Source of the DNA: Myxococcales bacterium
GTDB lineage: Bacteria > Myxococcota_A > Polyangia > Fen-1088
Length of the DNA stretch: 64,000 nucleotides
Direction: 5' to 3'
Assembly: GCA_003158735.1 (NCBI GenBank)
Contig: PMLB01000226.1
Coordinates: 687-64,686, forward strand
Below are positions 9,756-18,843 of the stretch, one piece after another (within the stretch, counting starts at the first letter, position 1; each line of letters opens with the position of its first letter). The notes beneath the pieces are model-generated. The model did no database searches. It was not told where the DNA came from and saw only the letters and a list, made by a program, of their open reading frames with translations. The translations under genes were made by a program, and so were the position numbers.

Positions 9756-10736
9756 ATGAATGCCCGGTTGAACTTCGCAGGCCTTTCCACCAGCGGCTTG
9801 GGCGTGATGGCCGGGCTGTCCACGGCGGTGCTGTGGACAGCCACCGCTGTGTGTTTCGAGGCGTCCAGTCGCCGCCTGGGAAGCCTGTCGGTCAATGTGT
9901 TGCGCCTGGCAGTGGCGGCTGTCCTGTTCAGCGCGCTTTCACTGCTGCGCACGCACCATTTCTTGTCCGTGGCCCTGTCCCAGGAGGCGTGGTTCTACCT
10001 GGGCCTTTCCGGACTCGTCGGGTTCGTGCTGGGCGACGTGCCCCTCTTCCAAGCCTTCGCGCTGATTGGCGCACGTCTGTCGATGCTGATTTACGCCTCA
10101 GTGCCGCTCATGACCGCTCTGTGCGGGTTTCTGTTTCTCGGCGAGAGCATGAGAGGCCGTGCTTTGGCTGGCATGGCCATCACTGTAGCTGGAATCGCCA
10201 TTGCTGTCGGCGCCAAACCAGGGACAGACAGGACAGGCACTGAGGCCCGTTCTCGTCGCACAACTGGTATCCTGATGGCCTTTGCCGGAGCCGCGGGACA
10301 GGCGGCGGGCCTGCTGCTCGGCAAGCGCGGCGCCATGGGACTGGACAGTTTTGCGGCGACGCAGATCCGCGTACTGGCCGGCCTGGTGGGTTTTCTTGTG
10401 GTGCTGGTAGCCGCCGGGCGAGTGCGCGCCTTGCGCGATCAGTTTCGCGAAGCAGTCGCACCTAGCGGGACTGCCGCAGATCTCGCGCAAAGGCGTTCTC
10501 TGCGGCGGGCCTTGCTTGTCCTGTGCGTGGGCGCCTTGCTTGGACCGTTTCTCGGGGTTTCGCTGGGCCTGCTTTCAACCCAGCTTCTGCCCGCAGGCAC
10601 GGCTGCCACTTTGATGTCCATCGTCCCTGTGCTGCTCATTCCTGTCTCGGCCCTGGCCTTTCGCGAGCGTACGTCATGGCTCGAAATCGTCGGCGCCGTG
10701 TTGGCCGTGGGTGGGGTGGCCGTGCTGGCGAGCTGA
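9756..10736 (+). CDS. DMT-superfamily (EamA-like) transporter
   Basis: 326 aa with about 10 hydrophobic helices arranged as two EamA-like halves, and Gly-rich helix ends (AVLAVGGVAVLAS). Confidence 0.75.
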   Translation: MNARLNFAGLSTSGLGVMAGLSTAVLWTATAVCFEASSRRLGSLSVNVLRLAVAAVLFSALSLLRTHHFLSVALSQEAWFYLGLSGLVGFVLGDVPLFQAFALIGARLSMLIYASVPLMTALCGFLFLGESMRGRALAGMAITVAGIAIAVGAKPGTDRTGTEARSRRTTGILMAFAGAAGQAAGLLLGKRGAMGLDSFAATQIRVLAGLVGFLVVLVAAGRVRALRDQFREAVAPSGTAADLAQRRSLRRALLVLCVGALLGPFLGVSLGLLSTQLLPAGTAATLMSIVPVLLIPVSALAFRERTSWLEIVGAVLAVGGVAVLAS

Positions 10737-10819
10737 CAGCCGTGGTCTCAGGCTGACAAGACTTCAAAGCTATGGCGGGCTGCCTCGGTCTTGAACCAGG
10801 CGAGGATCGACGACGATTG

Positions 10820-13126
10820 CTACAAGCTCTTGAGAAACTGCAAGAGATCGCGCTTTTCCTGCGCGGTCCAGTGCGTGCCGAACTCATGGCCCAGGTTGCG
10901 GTTGCCAGGCAGGCGGGTATCAAAGGTGAAGGCCCCCTGACCCTGGCCCAGCACGAAGCTGGCGGGTCGTTCATCAGACGGCTGCAACAGCGCCTCCAGG
11001 GTCGGCACTGAGCCGTTGTGCAGGTAGGGCGCCGAGGCCAACAAGGCAATCAGCGGCGGGGTGCGCACCCAGGGGCCGGCGATCTCAACCGCCTTGCCCG
11101 GCCCGCGACTGCTTAGCGCCGTGATGCACGTGATGGGCATGCGCACGTTCTTGTCGGCCAGCTTGCGCCGGTCGACCTCGAAGCCGAACAGGCTGTCGGT
11201 ACCAATTCCACCTGCCGCCAGGTCGTCGCGCTCGTCGCCCTGGGCGCGGCCGTCGCCATCGGCATCAAAGGGCAGAATGAGACAACTGGTGTAGGTTACG
11301 GGTTCAGCCAGGGCCGGGTGCCGGTCGTGGCAGCCACGGCAGGGCTCATCCTTCGCCAAACCGTTGCTGCGCGAAATGCCGAACTCGTCGAAGATCGAGG
11401 TGAAGCCGCCCGGACCTGCGCCCTTGCGCAGACCCAGCTTGGCCCAGAAGTCTTTGGGCCGGTGCGAATAGTGACAGTCGGTGCAGCGGGGGATGGCCAG
11501 GCCCTCAGTCGGAATGGGCTTCATCGTGCTCACTGTGGTCGCCGAGTGGCAGGTCACGCAGCGAACCGGGATGCGCGCGGTCAGCGGCCGCATCTCGTCG
11601 ATGGGCGCGAACAAGGGCGCCTCAACCCCGCTGTCCTGATAGGCGCGCGGTACGTCGACGAGAATCTGCTGGTTGATGATGCTGCCCGCGTTGGCGTCGA
11701 AGAACAAGCGGCGGCCTCGTTCCACAGCGGCCGCATCCAGCACTGGCTTTGTCACACTGGCCAAGGGCGTGTCGTAGAGTAACTTGCGGATGGCCGTGGC
11801 CTCGTAGGCCAGGCGCAGGCTGCGCACCAGCTCAGGCGGCGCAGGCGAATCGTGGCGCAGAACGCGCACCAGCATGATGCCGATAAAGGAATCGGCTTGC
11901 AGCCCAATGGCGCCCATGGAGCGGATATCGAGCACCATGGCGCGGTTGATTAGATCGAAGTCGCCCTCGAAACCGGCGGGCACCTCGATGCCCAACTCGG
12001 CCATGGCCTGACTGCGGCTCATTTCTGTGCGTGCGACGTAGCGGCCCAATAGGTCAGGCGCGCGCGTCGGATAGGTCGAGGCCCAATTGATGACTGAAAG
12101 TGAACGCACGCCCAGTGCCGTGGGAATGCTCTTGGGATTGAACACGCCTTCGGCGCCGGTGCGCATGGTGCCGGCGTCACTGTAGCGGCGCGAGTGCAAT
12201 CCCGGCACAGTCATGTCCAGGCCGAATTCATTGGTCAGATCAGCGCGGCCTGGTCCAGCCAAGAGCAGTGTGGCCAGAGTCTGCTGCGCGTCGGGCAGCT
12301 TGAGGGCCTTGCGATACTCGGCCACGGTCACGCGGCCATCGTGGTTGAGATCGAGCGCCAGCGAATCAGGCAAGCGCGTGCGGCGCCGGATCTCTTCCTC
12401 GCTGTCAGGCTGGCCGTCCTTGTCGAGGTCGATGACGTGTTTGGGATCGAAGAACGAAGAGGTGGCCAGCAGCAGGCCGTAGTCCAGCCGCGCGCTGGGC
12501 AGGCCCAGGATGGTCTTGCCGTCAACGGGATTGCGGCCACTGTGGCACAGCCAGCAGGTCATGCCGATGTCGCCGGTGGGCTTGCCGGTTTCCAGATCCA
12601 GTGCATCGCGCAGGCCCGAGAATCCCGTGCTCGCCGAAGTATAGCCGAGCGCGCCTGCCGGTTGGTCTGGGTCAGCGGCCAGGCCGAACACCTCGGGGTT
12701 GGCGAAGATTCCACCCTTCAGCGAGATGTGGCGCGTGACATGGGTGTCGATGGTTCCGTCTTGATCGAGATCAACCGGCACGTTGTCGAGGTGGATTTCG
12801 ATATCGCGATTCCAGGCCAGATCCGCCAGGCGCGACCAATAGTGGCCGTTGGTGTTGACCATGGGCGGGCCGGGCGCGGTCCAGTCTTGCCATTCATAGG
12901 TGCCGATGCTCTCGATGGCTTGCTGGCGCACCGAGGCGTTTTGCGCCGCGGGCAAGAAACGCGGGGCTAGCACGCCGGGCATCAGCTCGGGGCGCGGAGG
13001 ATCGAGCTTGCGCGCGGGACGATCGAGCAGCGGCGGCGGAGCGAACTTGTGCGTGCAAGCCAGGGTGAACGCGAGGCAAAGGGCGACGCGGGCGAGAAAG
13101 CTGACGCGGGCATTCGCGAGGATCAC
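10820..13126 (-). CDS. secreted tetrahaem c-type cytochrome, di-haem cytochrome-c-peroxidase/MauG-like C-terminus, with Ca-binding (DxDxDG/EF-hand-like) loops
   Basis: There are four CxxCH motifs (CWLCH, CVTCH, CTDCH, CRGCH). The C-terminal PYLHNGSVPTLEALL is typical of the CCP/MauG family. Ca-binding-type loops are DLDQDGTID, DLDKDGQPD, DLNHDGRVTVAEY and DADGDGRAQGDE. Signal-like N-terminus. Confidence 0.7.
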   Translation of the reverse strand: MILANARVSFLARVALCLAFTLACTHKFAPPPLLDRPARKLDPPRPELMPGVLAPRFLPAAQNASVRQQAIESIGTYEWQDWTAPGPPMVNTNGHYWSRLADLAWNRDIEIHLDNVPVDLDQDGTIDTHVTRHISLKGGIFANPEVFGLAADPDQPAGALGYTSASTGFSGLRDALDLETGKPTGDIGMTCWLCHSGRNPVDGKTILGLPSARLDYGLLLATSSFFDPKHVIDLDKDGQPDSEEEIRRRTRLPDSLALDLNHDGRVTVAEYRKALKLPDAQQTLATLLLAGPGRADLTNEFGLDMTVPGLHSRRYSDAGTMRTGAEGVFNPKSIPTALGVRSLSVINWASTYPTRAPDLLGRYVARTEMSRSQAMAELGIEVPAGFEGDFDLINRAMVLDIRSMGAIGLQADSFIGIMLVRVLRHDSPAPPELVRSLRLAYEATAIRKLLYDTPLASVTKPVLDAAAVERGRRLFFDANAGSIINQQILVDVPRAYQDSGVEAPLFAPIDEMRPLTARIPVRCVTCHSATTVSTMKPIPTEGLAIPRCTDCHYSHRPKDFWAKLGLRKGAGPGGFTSIFDEFGISRSNGLAKDEPCRGCHDRHPALAEPVTYTSCLILPFDADGDGRAQGDERDDLAAGGIGTDSLFGFEVDRRKLADKNVRMPITCITALSSRGPGKAVEIAGPWVRTPPLIALLASAPYLHNGSVPTLEALLQPSDERPASFVLGQGQGAFTFDTRLPGNRNLGHEFGTHWTAQEKRDLLQFLKSL

Positions 13127-13208
13127 GACGAGGATGAATCTACTCGCTTCGGAGGCGCGAGAGGAGGCGGGACGACCGGGACCATGGGCGGAATCTGGCC
13201 GTAGGCAT

Positions 13209-13937
13209 TCAGTGATTCCTCACTCGCAGTTGGCGTTTGTAGGCGTCCCGAATCGCCTTGCCAAGTCTGCTCGACACGACTTCGTACTTGTCAAAGTCGC
13301 GAATATTCTCCTGACGCAGATGGAGCTGGCCTTCGCCGGTGTTTCCGCGATGCTGGCCTTTTGAGTAGGCGCGGTGAGTCTTGAGCTCATGCGAGGACAG
13401 AATCCAATAGCGAATCCTGTCGCGCCAAACGGCAATCCACACGAAGACGTCACAGCAGGCTGGTTTCACCTGCTGAAAGTTCATCCAAAACGGTTGAGTG
13501 GACTCCGACGATAGCGCTTTGACATAGAGAGGTTCATCGCTGCTGGTGTCAACTGCGCGCGAGGCCTTCACCTCGATTCGAATTCGTCCGTCGAGTAGGA
13601 AGTCGTATTGCCCAGAGTAGTTGGGGTCGAATTTCTTGGACGGCTTGGACAGGTCCGGAACCAGTTCTTTCAGGTGCCCCTGCGCCCACGCTTCACCGAA
13701 GGTCCGAGGTGCACTGATCTCGAAGATGTAGAGAAACGCATTCCGTTCCAAGTAGCTGTCGCGCATCTCGTAGTACTGATCGAGCGACAGCACGTCGCGG
13801 CCAAGTAGTGTCGAGATGAGATACTCGAACTCATTGAATGGATAGACTGAATAGATCTCATCAATCCTTGCCCGAACGGCCTTGCCATCGGGCAGCTTGG
13901 CCACCAATTCGTCGAGCTGTTTCCGTAGCGTCTGCAT
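13209..13937 (-). CDS. putative Type II restriction endonuclease (PD-(D/E)xK-like)
   Basis: Internal start MQTLRKQL lies 4 nt after the methyltransferase stop; the ORF-track extension overlaps the MTase. Candidate catalytic signature is YDFLLDGRIRIEVKASR. AT-richer than the flanks. No family recognised beyond the motif. Confidence 0.5.
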   Translation of the reverse strand: MQTLRKQLDELVAKLPDGKAVRARIDEIYSVYPFNEFEYLISTLLGRDVLSLDQYYEMRDSYLERNAFLYIFEISAPRTFGEAWAQGHLKELVPDLSKPSKKFDPNYSGQYDFLLDGRIRIEVKASRAVDTSSDEPLYVKALSSESTQPFWMNFQQVKPACCDVFVWIAVWRDRIRYWILSSHELKTHRAYSKGQHRGNTGEGQLHLRQENIRDFDKYEVVSSRLGKAIRDAYKRQLRVRNH

Positions 13938-13941
13938 CTTC

Positions 13942-14934
13942 TCAGAATAGCGTTGGCTGGGTTGACCGATCCGCCGCCGTATCGGAAGGATGCGGTAGCA
14001 TACTGGCAGGAAGCTCCTTTTCAAACGCGTGGCCGTTCTGCCAGCCAGTCTTGCCGGACGTGCGAAAATGTTCGAGACGGCGAATAGCAATCTCGCAGTA
14101 GACCGGGTCGACGTCGGCCGTATAGCAACGGCGACCGGCGATCTCAGCCGCCAAGAGAGTGGTGCCGGAATGGGAGAAGAAGTCGACGACAAGATCCGCA
14201 GGGCGCGAACTTGCGCGGATAATGCGGTCGACGCTCTTCAGCGGTTTCTGAGCGTAGCAACCGGACACGTTCTCTTGGAGTCGATAGAAGACTTGCTGAA
14301 TATCAACCCAGACATTGCCAGCGCGGATCGTGTCGCGCTTGCCACGTTCCAGATTCTCGGTGCGCTCACCTCCAACGTCCTTGTAGTATCCACGAAGCGT
14401 TTTAGGGATGTCTGTGTACTCAGCTTCAATGTTGAATGCTGGGTTGCCACGGACGTAGTAGAGCAATTCCTGGCGTACGGCCATCCAGTTCTTCTGGGTT
14501 CCATATCCCCTTTGGTTCCGCACGGTGATGAAGCTTCGCGCCTGGATCGGAAATTCACGCATCAGGATCATGAACTCTGGGAGGGGCTGGAAGTGGTCTC
14601 GCTGGTCCGCTCCGAGCCAAACGTAGAGCGAACTGTCCGGCGCAAGGGCTCCCAGCGTGTTCGTAACCCAGCAGCGAGCCCACGCGATGTAGTCGCGGAC
14701 GCTCCGTGTCTCGAACGCCACGAGGTTGTAGGGCGGATCTTGGATCGCCAGGCTGGCAAGCTTGCGGTCCATGAGGGAAGACACCGCTGAAGCGTCGGCT
14801 GCATCAATGCATGCCACTCGGTGTCCGGATACTGAATCGGTCCACATGCCTCCAGGCTTGAGGCGACAAAGCGGAAGCAGTTTCGCCCGCACCTCCGGTT
14901 GCTCGTCAATTCTCGGCAAGGGGTTGTTGTGCAT
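13942..14934 (-). CDS. beta-class N6-adenine/N4-cytosine DNA methyltransferase
   Basis: Motif IV (IQDPPYN) lies near the N-terminus and motif I (VVDFFSHSGTTLLAAEIAGR) near the C-terminus. This is the permuted order of PF01555-type MTases. Confidence 0.85.
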   Translation of the reverse strand: MHNNPLPRIDEQPEVRAKLLPLCRLKPGGMWTDSVSGHRVACIDAADASAVSSLMDRKLASLAIQDPPYNLVAFETRSVRDYIAWARCWVTNTLGALAPDSSLYVWLGADQRDHFQPLPEFMILMREFPIQARSFITVRNQRGYGTQKNWMAVRQELLYYVRGNPAFNIEAEYTDIPKTLRGYYKDVGGERTENLERGKRDTIRAGNVWVDIQQVFYRLQENVSGCYAQKPLKSVDRIIRASSRPADLVVDFFSHSGTTLLAAEIAGRRCYTADVDPVYCEIAIRRLEHFRTSGKTGWQNGHAFEKELPASMLPHPSDTAADRSTQPTLF

Positions 14935-14954
14935 CGAGAGCCTTCATGACTGTC

Positions 14955-17270
14955 CTAACTGGCAAACTTGTCTTCCGCAACTCTAGATCTGCGCCGTCGA
15001 TCCAGCAGTACCATTGCCAGGCAAGCCAGCGCCGCCACCACGGACACCGCCAGCCCGGCAGCCAGCGCATCGTCGAAGTACTCGAATTCCACGCGATGCT
15101 GGCCCGGGGGCACCAGCACGCCAGACAGCGAGATGTCGGTGCGCACGACTGGCGCCAAGATTCCGTCCACGCGGGCACGCCAGCCCTGGTCCCAGGTCTG
15201 GTTCACCGCAATGAAAGAAGCCGCCGGCCCCGCAGCCTCGACCTCCAGCGCGAATTGCACGGGCGTGCGCGCGACCAGGCGCACGCGAGCGGGCGACGGC
15301 TGTTCGGGCAAGGCCAGCGACTGGCCGCCATCGACCAGGGCCACCTCCGGGATCTGGGAATCCAGCTCACGCACCGCCTGCAGCCAGCCATCTGGCCCGT
15401 CGACCACGCGAGTGCGGCGGATCGGAAAAACCAGGGGCTGGGGATTGCGGGTGATTTTTGCGTCGAGCGTGTAGGCGCCGGACGGCGACTTGATGTTCGC
15501 TTCCTCCGGGGAGGCCCCCGGGCGGAACTGGACCACGGCCGTCACTCCGCGTCGAGCGAGCACGGGAGCGGCCAGGCGGGGATCGGCCTCGAATGCCCTC
15601 CAGAACGCGGCCGTGGCTTCGGTGGTCCAGCGCAGTTGGGTGAGATCGAAGTCCCGCTCGTAGGTCATGGCCAGCCCCCACTCGACCGGGATGGGAGGTC
15701 GGGCGAGCCCGAGCGAGACATCGAAGCCAGGAGCCCAAGCCGCCATGTGAAAGATGACGTCGTCCTCTTTGCGCTGGACCAACGGCGTGAGAAAAGCCGG
15801 CGGCGTTGTCACCGATGCCACAGGTGTGGTCAGCAGCAAGCCACGGCCCACAGCGATCAGGTCGACCGCAAGCACCGCACACAGGGCAAGCGCGCGCCGC
15901 AGGCGCCCCAGGCGGCGTGCCAGCCACAGCGGCAGCAGCGAAGCCAGCGCCACCAGCGACACGCGCAAACAATCGCGCAGGGTCTGCCCCTCGGGGAAAT
16001 GGGCGGGCAAGTGTCTACGCGCAAGCCACACGGCACAGGCCGCGATCAGACCCAACACGACGAATTTCAGCAGCGCGCGTTTCATCCACAGGCGTGCGCG
16101 TGCCGGGCCCAACACCGCGTAGTCGAATCCATACGCTGCCAGCGTGACCAGGGAAAAGCAGAACAGCAGCGAGAACTTCTCGGGAAAACGAATCTGCGCG
16201 ACAAGAGGCAGTCTGCGCACCAGGTGCCAGACCGGAAAGTTGTGGCCCAGGGCCGTCACGAAGCCGAGCAGCGCGAGCGCGAGCCACGGCCACAAGAAAC
16301 GTCCGCGCACCACCAGCGCGAGGATCGCCAGCAGCGTGATCGCGAGACCCGGATAGAGCGAGTGGTAGAAGGGGAGCACGCGCGGGCTGTACAAGAAGCC
16401 GCCCCAGAACAGCTCCGGCTGGCCGGGAACCACGTGACCGAGCGGGTAGGGAGCGAACAGCTCGAAGGCCCGCCACGCCGGCATGGACCAAACGTCGGCC
16501 ATGGCTTCGGGCAGGCCCAAAGCTCGAACCGTCTTGCCCACGTGGTGCAAGCCAGGAATCAGGGTCACCGCCCCGAGCGCTAGGCCGAGCAGAAGGCTGG
16601 CCACCAGCGACGGAAGGGCGCGGCCAGCGACGTGCCTGCGCTCAGCCAGAATGGCGGCAAGGACCAGCAGCGGCATCATCAGCAGCGTGGAGGGCTCGCC
16701 AGTCAGGCATTGCGTCCCGACGACCAAGGCCAGTCCCACCGCATTCGTGCTTCCAGGCTTCCTTGCCAGGCGCACCGCGAAGCCCAGGGCCAGGGGAATG
16801 ACCGAGGCCGCGTGCAGGAAGGCCAGCTGGCAGGTGGTCGAGAGAAGGTAGCCGCCGCAACTCCACGACAACGAGCCCAGCAGCGAGGCCGGGCGGCTGC
16901 GGCGCAAGGTGCGTAGGAACCAGTACATGCCCACGGCCGCGACCAGCAGGGGTACGATGACCTGCAGCCGGAACGCCCACTCGAACGGCAGCAAGAAGAA
17001 CAGCGTGGTGAGCGGGTGAAATACCTCGTACGCGGGATTGCCGGCGAATGGCTGTCCCGAGGCGAAGAAGGGATTCCACAAAGGAAGGCCGCCCGAGGCC
17101 CGGGCCAGCGGCACGATCAGCGATCGGGTGGGGCGGTAGTAGGAAGCCAGGTCAACGTCGAAGAAGGTCTCGCCCACGAAGATCGCCCGCCAGAACAGCG
17201 CCAGTACGCAGCAGGCTGCCAGCGGCAACGCGACCACCCAGAAATGAGGCTGTCTTCGGCCGAAACTCAA
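14955..17270 (-). CDS. YfhO-family polytopic membrane protein (glycosyl-transfer-associated)
   Basis: 771 aa. The N-terminus FFDVDLASYYRPTRSLIVPLARASGGLPLWNPFFASGQPFAGNPAYEVFHP matches the YfhO signature. It has many TM helices and a large C-terminal extracytoplasmic domain followed by a final TM. Confidence 0.7.
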   Translation of the reverse strand: MSFGRRQPHFWVVALPLAACCVLALFWRAIFVGETFFDVDLASYYRPTRSLIVPLARASGGLPLWNPFFASGQPFAGNPAYEVFHPLTTLFFLLPFEWAFRLQVIVPLLVAAVGMYWFLRTLRRSRPASLLGSLSWSCGGYLLSTTCQLAFLHAASVIPLALGFAVRLARKPGSTNAVGLALVVGTQCLTGEPSTLLMMPLLVLAAILAERRHVAGRALPSLVASLLLGLALGAVTLIPGLHHVGKTVRALGLPEAMADVWSMPAWRAFELFAPYPLGHVVPGQPELFWGGFLYSPRVLPFYHSLYPGLAITLLAILALVVRGRFLWPWLALALLGFVTALGHNFPVWHLVRRLPLVAQIRFPEKFSLLFCFSLVTLAAYGFDYAVLGPARARLWMKRALLKFVVLGLIAACAVWLARRHLPAHFPEGQTLRDCLRVSLVALASLLPLWLARRLGRLRRALALCAVLAVDLIAVGRGLLLTTPVASVTTPPAFLTPLVQRKEDDVIFHMAAWAPGFDVSLGLARPPIPVEWGLAMTYERDFDLTQLRWTTEATAAFWRAFEADPRLAAPVLARRGVTAVVQFRPGASPEEANIKSPSGAYTLDAKITRNPQPLVFPIRRTRVVDGPDGWLQAVRELDSQIPEVALVDGGQSLALPEQPSPARVRLVARTPVQFALEVEAAGPAASFIAVNQTWDQGWRARVDGILAPVVRTDISLSGVLVPPGQHRVEFEYFDDALAAGLAVSVVAALACLAMVLLDRRRRSRVAEDKFAS

Positions 17271-17634
17271 GGCAGGTCCAGACGGCAGGGGCGCCGCATT
17301 GGCAGGAAGGGAGTCAACTCAGGCAGCATAGGCCCTGCCCGGACCGCTTGACAGTTTCCCTGCAACCGGTCGAAGGCGCCGCAATAAGACAAGGCGCGAC
17401 CCAACAAACTGCTTCTCGGGATGATATGTGCATCACAGTACGCGTCACACCATTTTGAAAAGACGCCTTTCCTCGCGGATGGGTGGGCTCTTTTTGAAGG
17501 CCGCCGCCTCCAGGATGAACTAAACTTGTATGGTTATCGCGCCAGTTGATTTCGTGCCCGCGCAGCAGTCTTCAGGGCGGCTGAATCAGTGGGGGGAGAT
17601 CCGATTCGTCATACGTGTTTTCAAGGAGGTCAAT

Positions 17635-18624
17635 ATGACCAGGTTCCAGATGCTCAGCCGAACCATGGGGGCTCTTGGGGGGGCCGCCCTCCTGGCCATC
17701 GTCGCCTTGGTGGCATGCGGGGGCCCTGTGCCGATCGCGGGCAGCAGCAGCCTGATCGGCTCCGGTGGGAGCCAGGGCACCCACACCGACTTGGGGCTCA
17801 ACACGAACCCGGGTACCTCGACCAACCCGGGGAGCGGGGGGGCGACTGCCCAGTGGCCTCCCGCGGGCTACACCAACGACACACCTGTGGCTGTTGGTCG
17901 CTATGCGCTGGGTCCAGAAATCACAGCGTCCACGGTCGACCCCACGACCGGAGACATTAATGGGACTGCAGCCAGCAACTGCGTGGCTTTCCTCGGCGTG
18001 GTACGCGATTTCAAGATGGGGAATCAAACCGGCGGGCACCCGGATTTCGAGACGGCGCCGACCGGAGACGAACCGGGGATCGTGGCCAGCACCCTGGGCG
18101 CAGACAACAAGCCGGTTTATGCGGCGACATTGCGGCAACCGACGGGGTCCACCACAGGCCCGGACAACTTCAACCAGTGGTACAACAGTGTTTCCGGGGT
18201 CAACATGCCGTATGTGTTGGCGTTGCAACTCGAGAACGTCGGCGGAGTAGCCTCTTTTCAAGCGACCCAGCCCACCTCTTTCTTTCCGCTAGACGGTGCT
18301 GGGTTTGGCAACGAGGGCCAAAACCACAACTTCTCTTTCACCACAGAGATTCACACCGCCTTCCAATACAGTGGGGGTGAGAACTTCTCATTCAGTGGCG
18401 ATGACGACGTGTGGGTCTTCATCAACAAGAAACTGGTCATTGATATGGGAGGGCGACACGCCCAGGAGACTAAGTCAGTCGCCATCGATTCGCTCGGGCT
18501 GACCAAGGGCAATGTCTACGACCTTGCGGTCTTCCATGCGGAGCGCCACACCAACCAGTCGAATTTCGAGATTCAGACCACGCTGGCTTTCACCAACTGC
18601 GGCGAAGCAATAATCGGCCGGTAA
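17635..18624 (+). CDS. fibro-slime (PA14-like) domain lipoprotein
   Basis: Start chosen at the ATG preceded by AAGGAGG. Lipobox LVAC. Fibro-slime signatures are VRDFKMGNQTGGHPDFE, FNQWYN, FFPLDGAGFGNEGQNHNFSFTTE, FSFSGDDDVWVFINKKLVIDMGG and VFHAERHTNQSNF. Confidence 0.8.
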   Translation: MTRFQMLSRTMGALGGAALLAIVALVACGGPVPIAGSSSLIGSGGSQGTHTDLGLNTNPGTSTNPGSGGATAQWPPAGYTNDTPVAVGRYALGPEITASTVDPTTGDINGTAASNCVAFLGVVRDFKMGNQTGGHPDFETAPTGDEPGIVASTLGADNKPVYAATLRQPTGSTTGPDNFNQWYNSVSGVNMPYVLALQLENVGGVASFQATQPTSFFPLDGAGFGNEGQNHNFSFTTEIHTAFQYSGGENFSFSGDDDVWVFINKKLVIDMGGRHAQETKSVAIDSLGLTKGNVYDLAVFHAERHTNQSNFEIQTTLAFTNCGEAIIGR

Positions 18625-18700
18625 AGGGGCTCGCGCCGCTAGCCGAGCGGCTCATAGGTGCTCTCTGGACTTTGACGGCGGCCCGCGCGATCCGGAGTCT

Positions 18701-18812
18701 CACCACAGAGGGCACAGAGGCCACAGAGGCCGGAAAGAAAGGGTTTCGGATCCGGATCCGAACCCTTCTTTCCTTCCGAGCTGTCTCTGTGAACTCTGTG
18801 CTCTCTGTGGTG
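18701..18812. repeat. 112-bp compound imperfect palindrome (REP/MITE-like) between convergent genes; likely bidirectional terminator
   Basis: The left arm is CACCACAGAGGGCACAGAGGCCACAGAGGCC, three CACAGAGGN units. The right arm is its complement, GCTGTCTCTGTGAACTCTGTGCTCTCTGTGGTG. The centre is a second hairpin, GGAAAGAAAGGGTTTCGGATCC/GGATCCGAACCCTTCTTTCC. Confidence 0.75.
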
Positions 18813-18843
18813 AAATCTGGAGCAAACCTGCGGAAAATTGTGG

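Noticed and set aside
14946-16583. 545-aa plus-strand ORF
   Set aside because: It is antisense to the YfhO-family gene and has Arg/Gln/His-rich low-complexity sequence. The minus-strand product has a clear family signature and TM helices.
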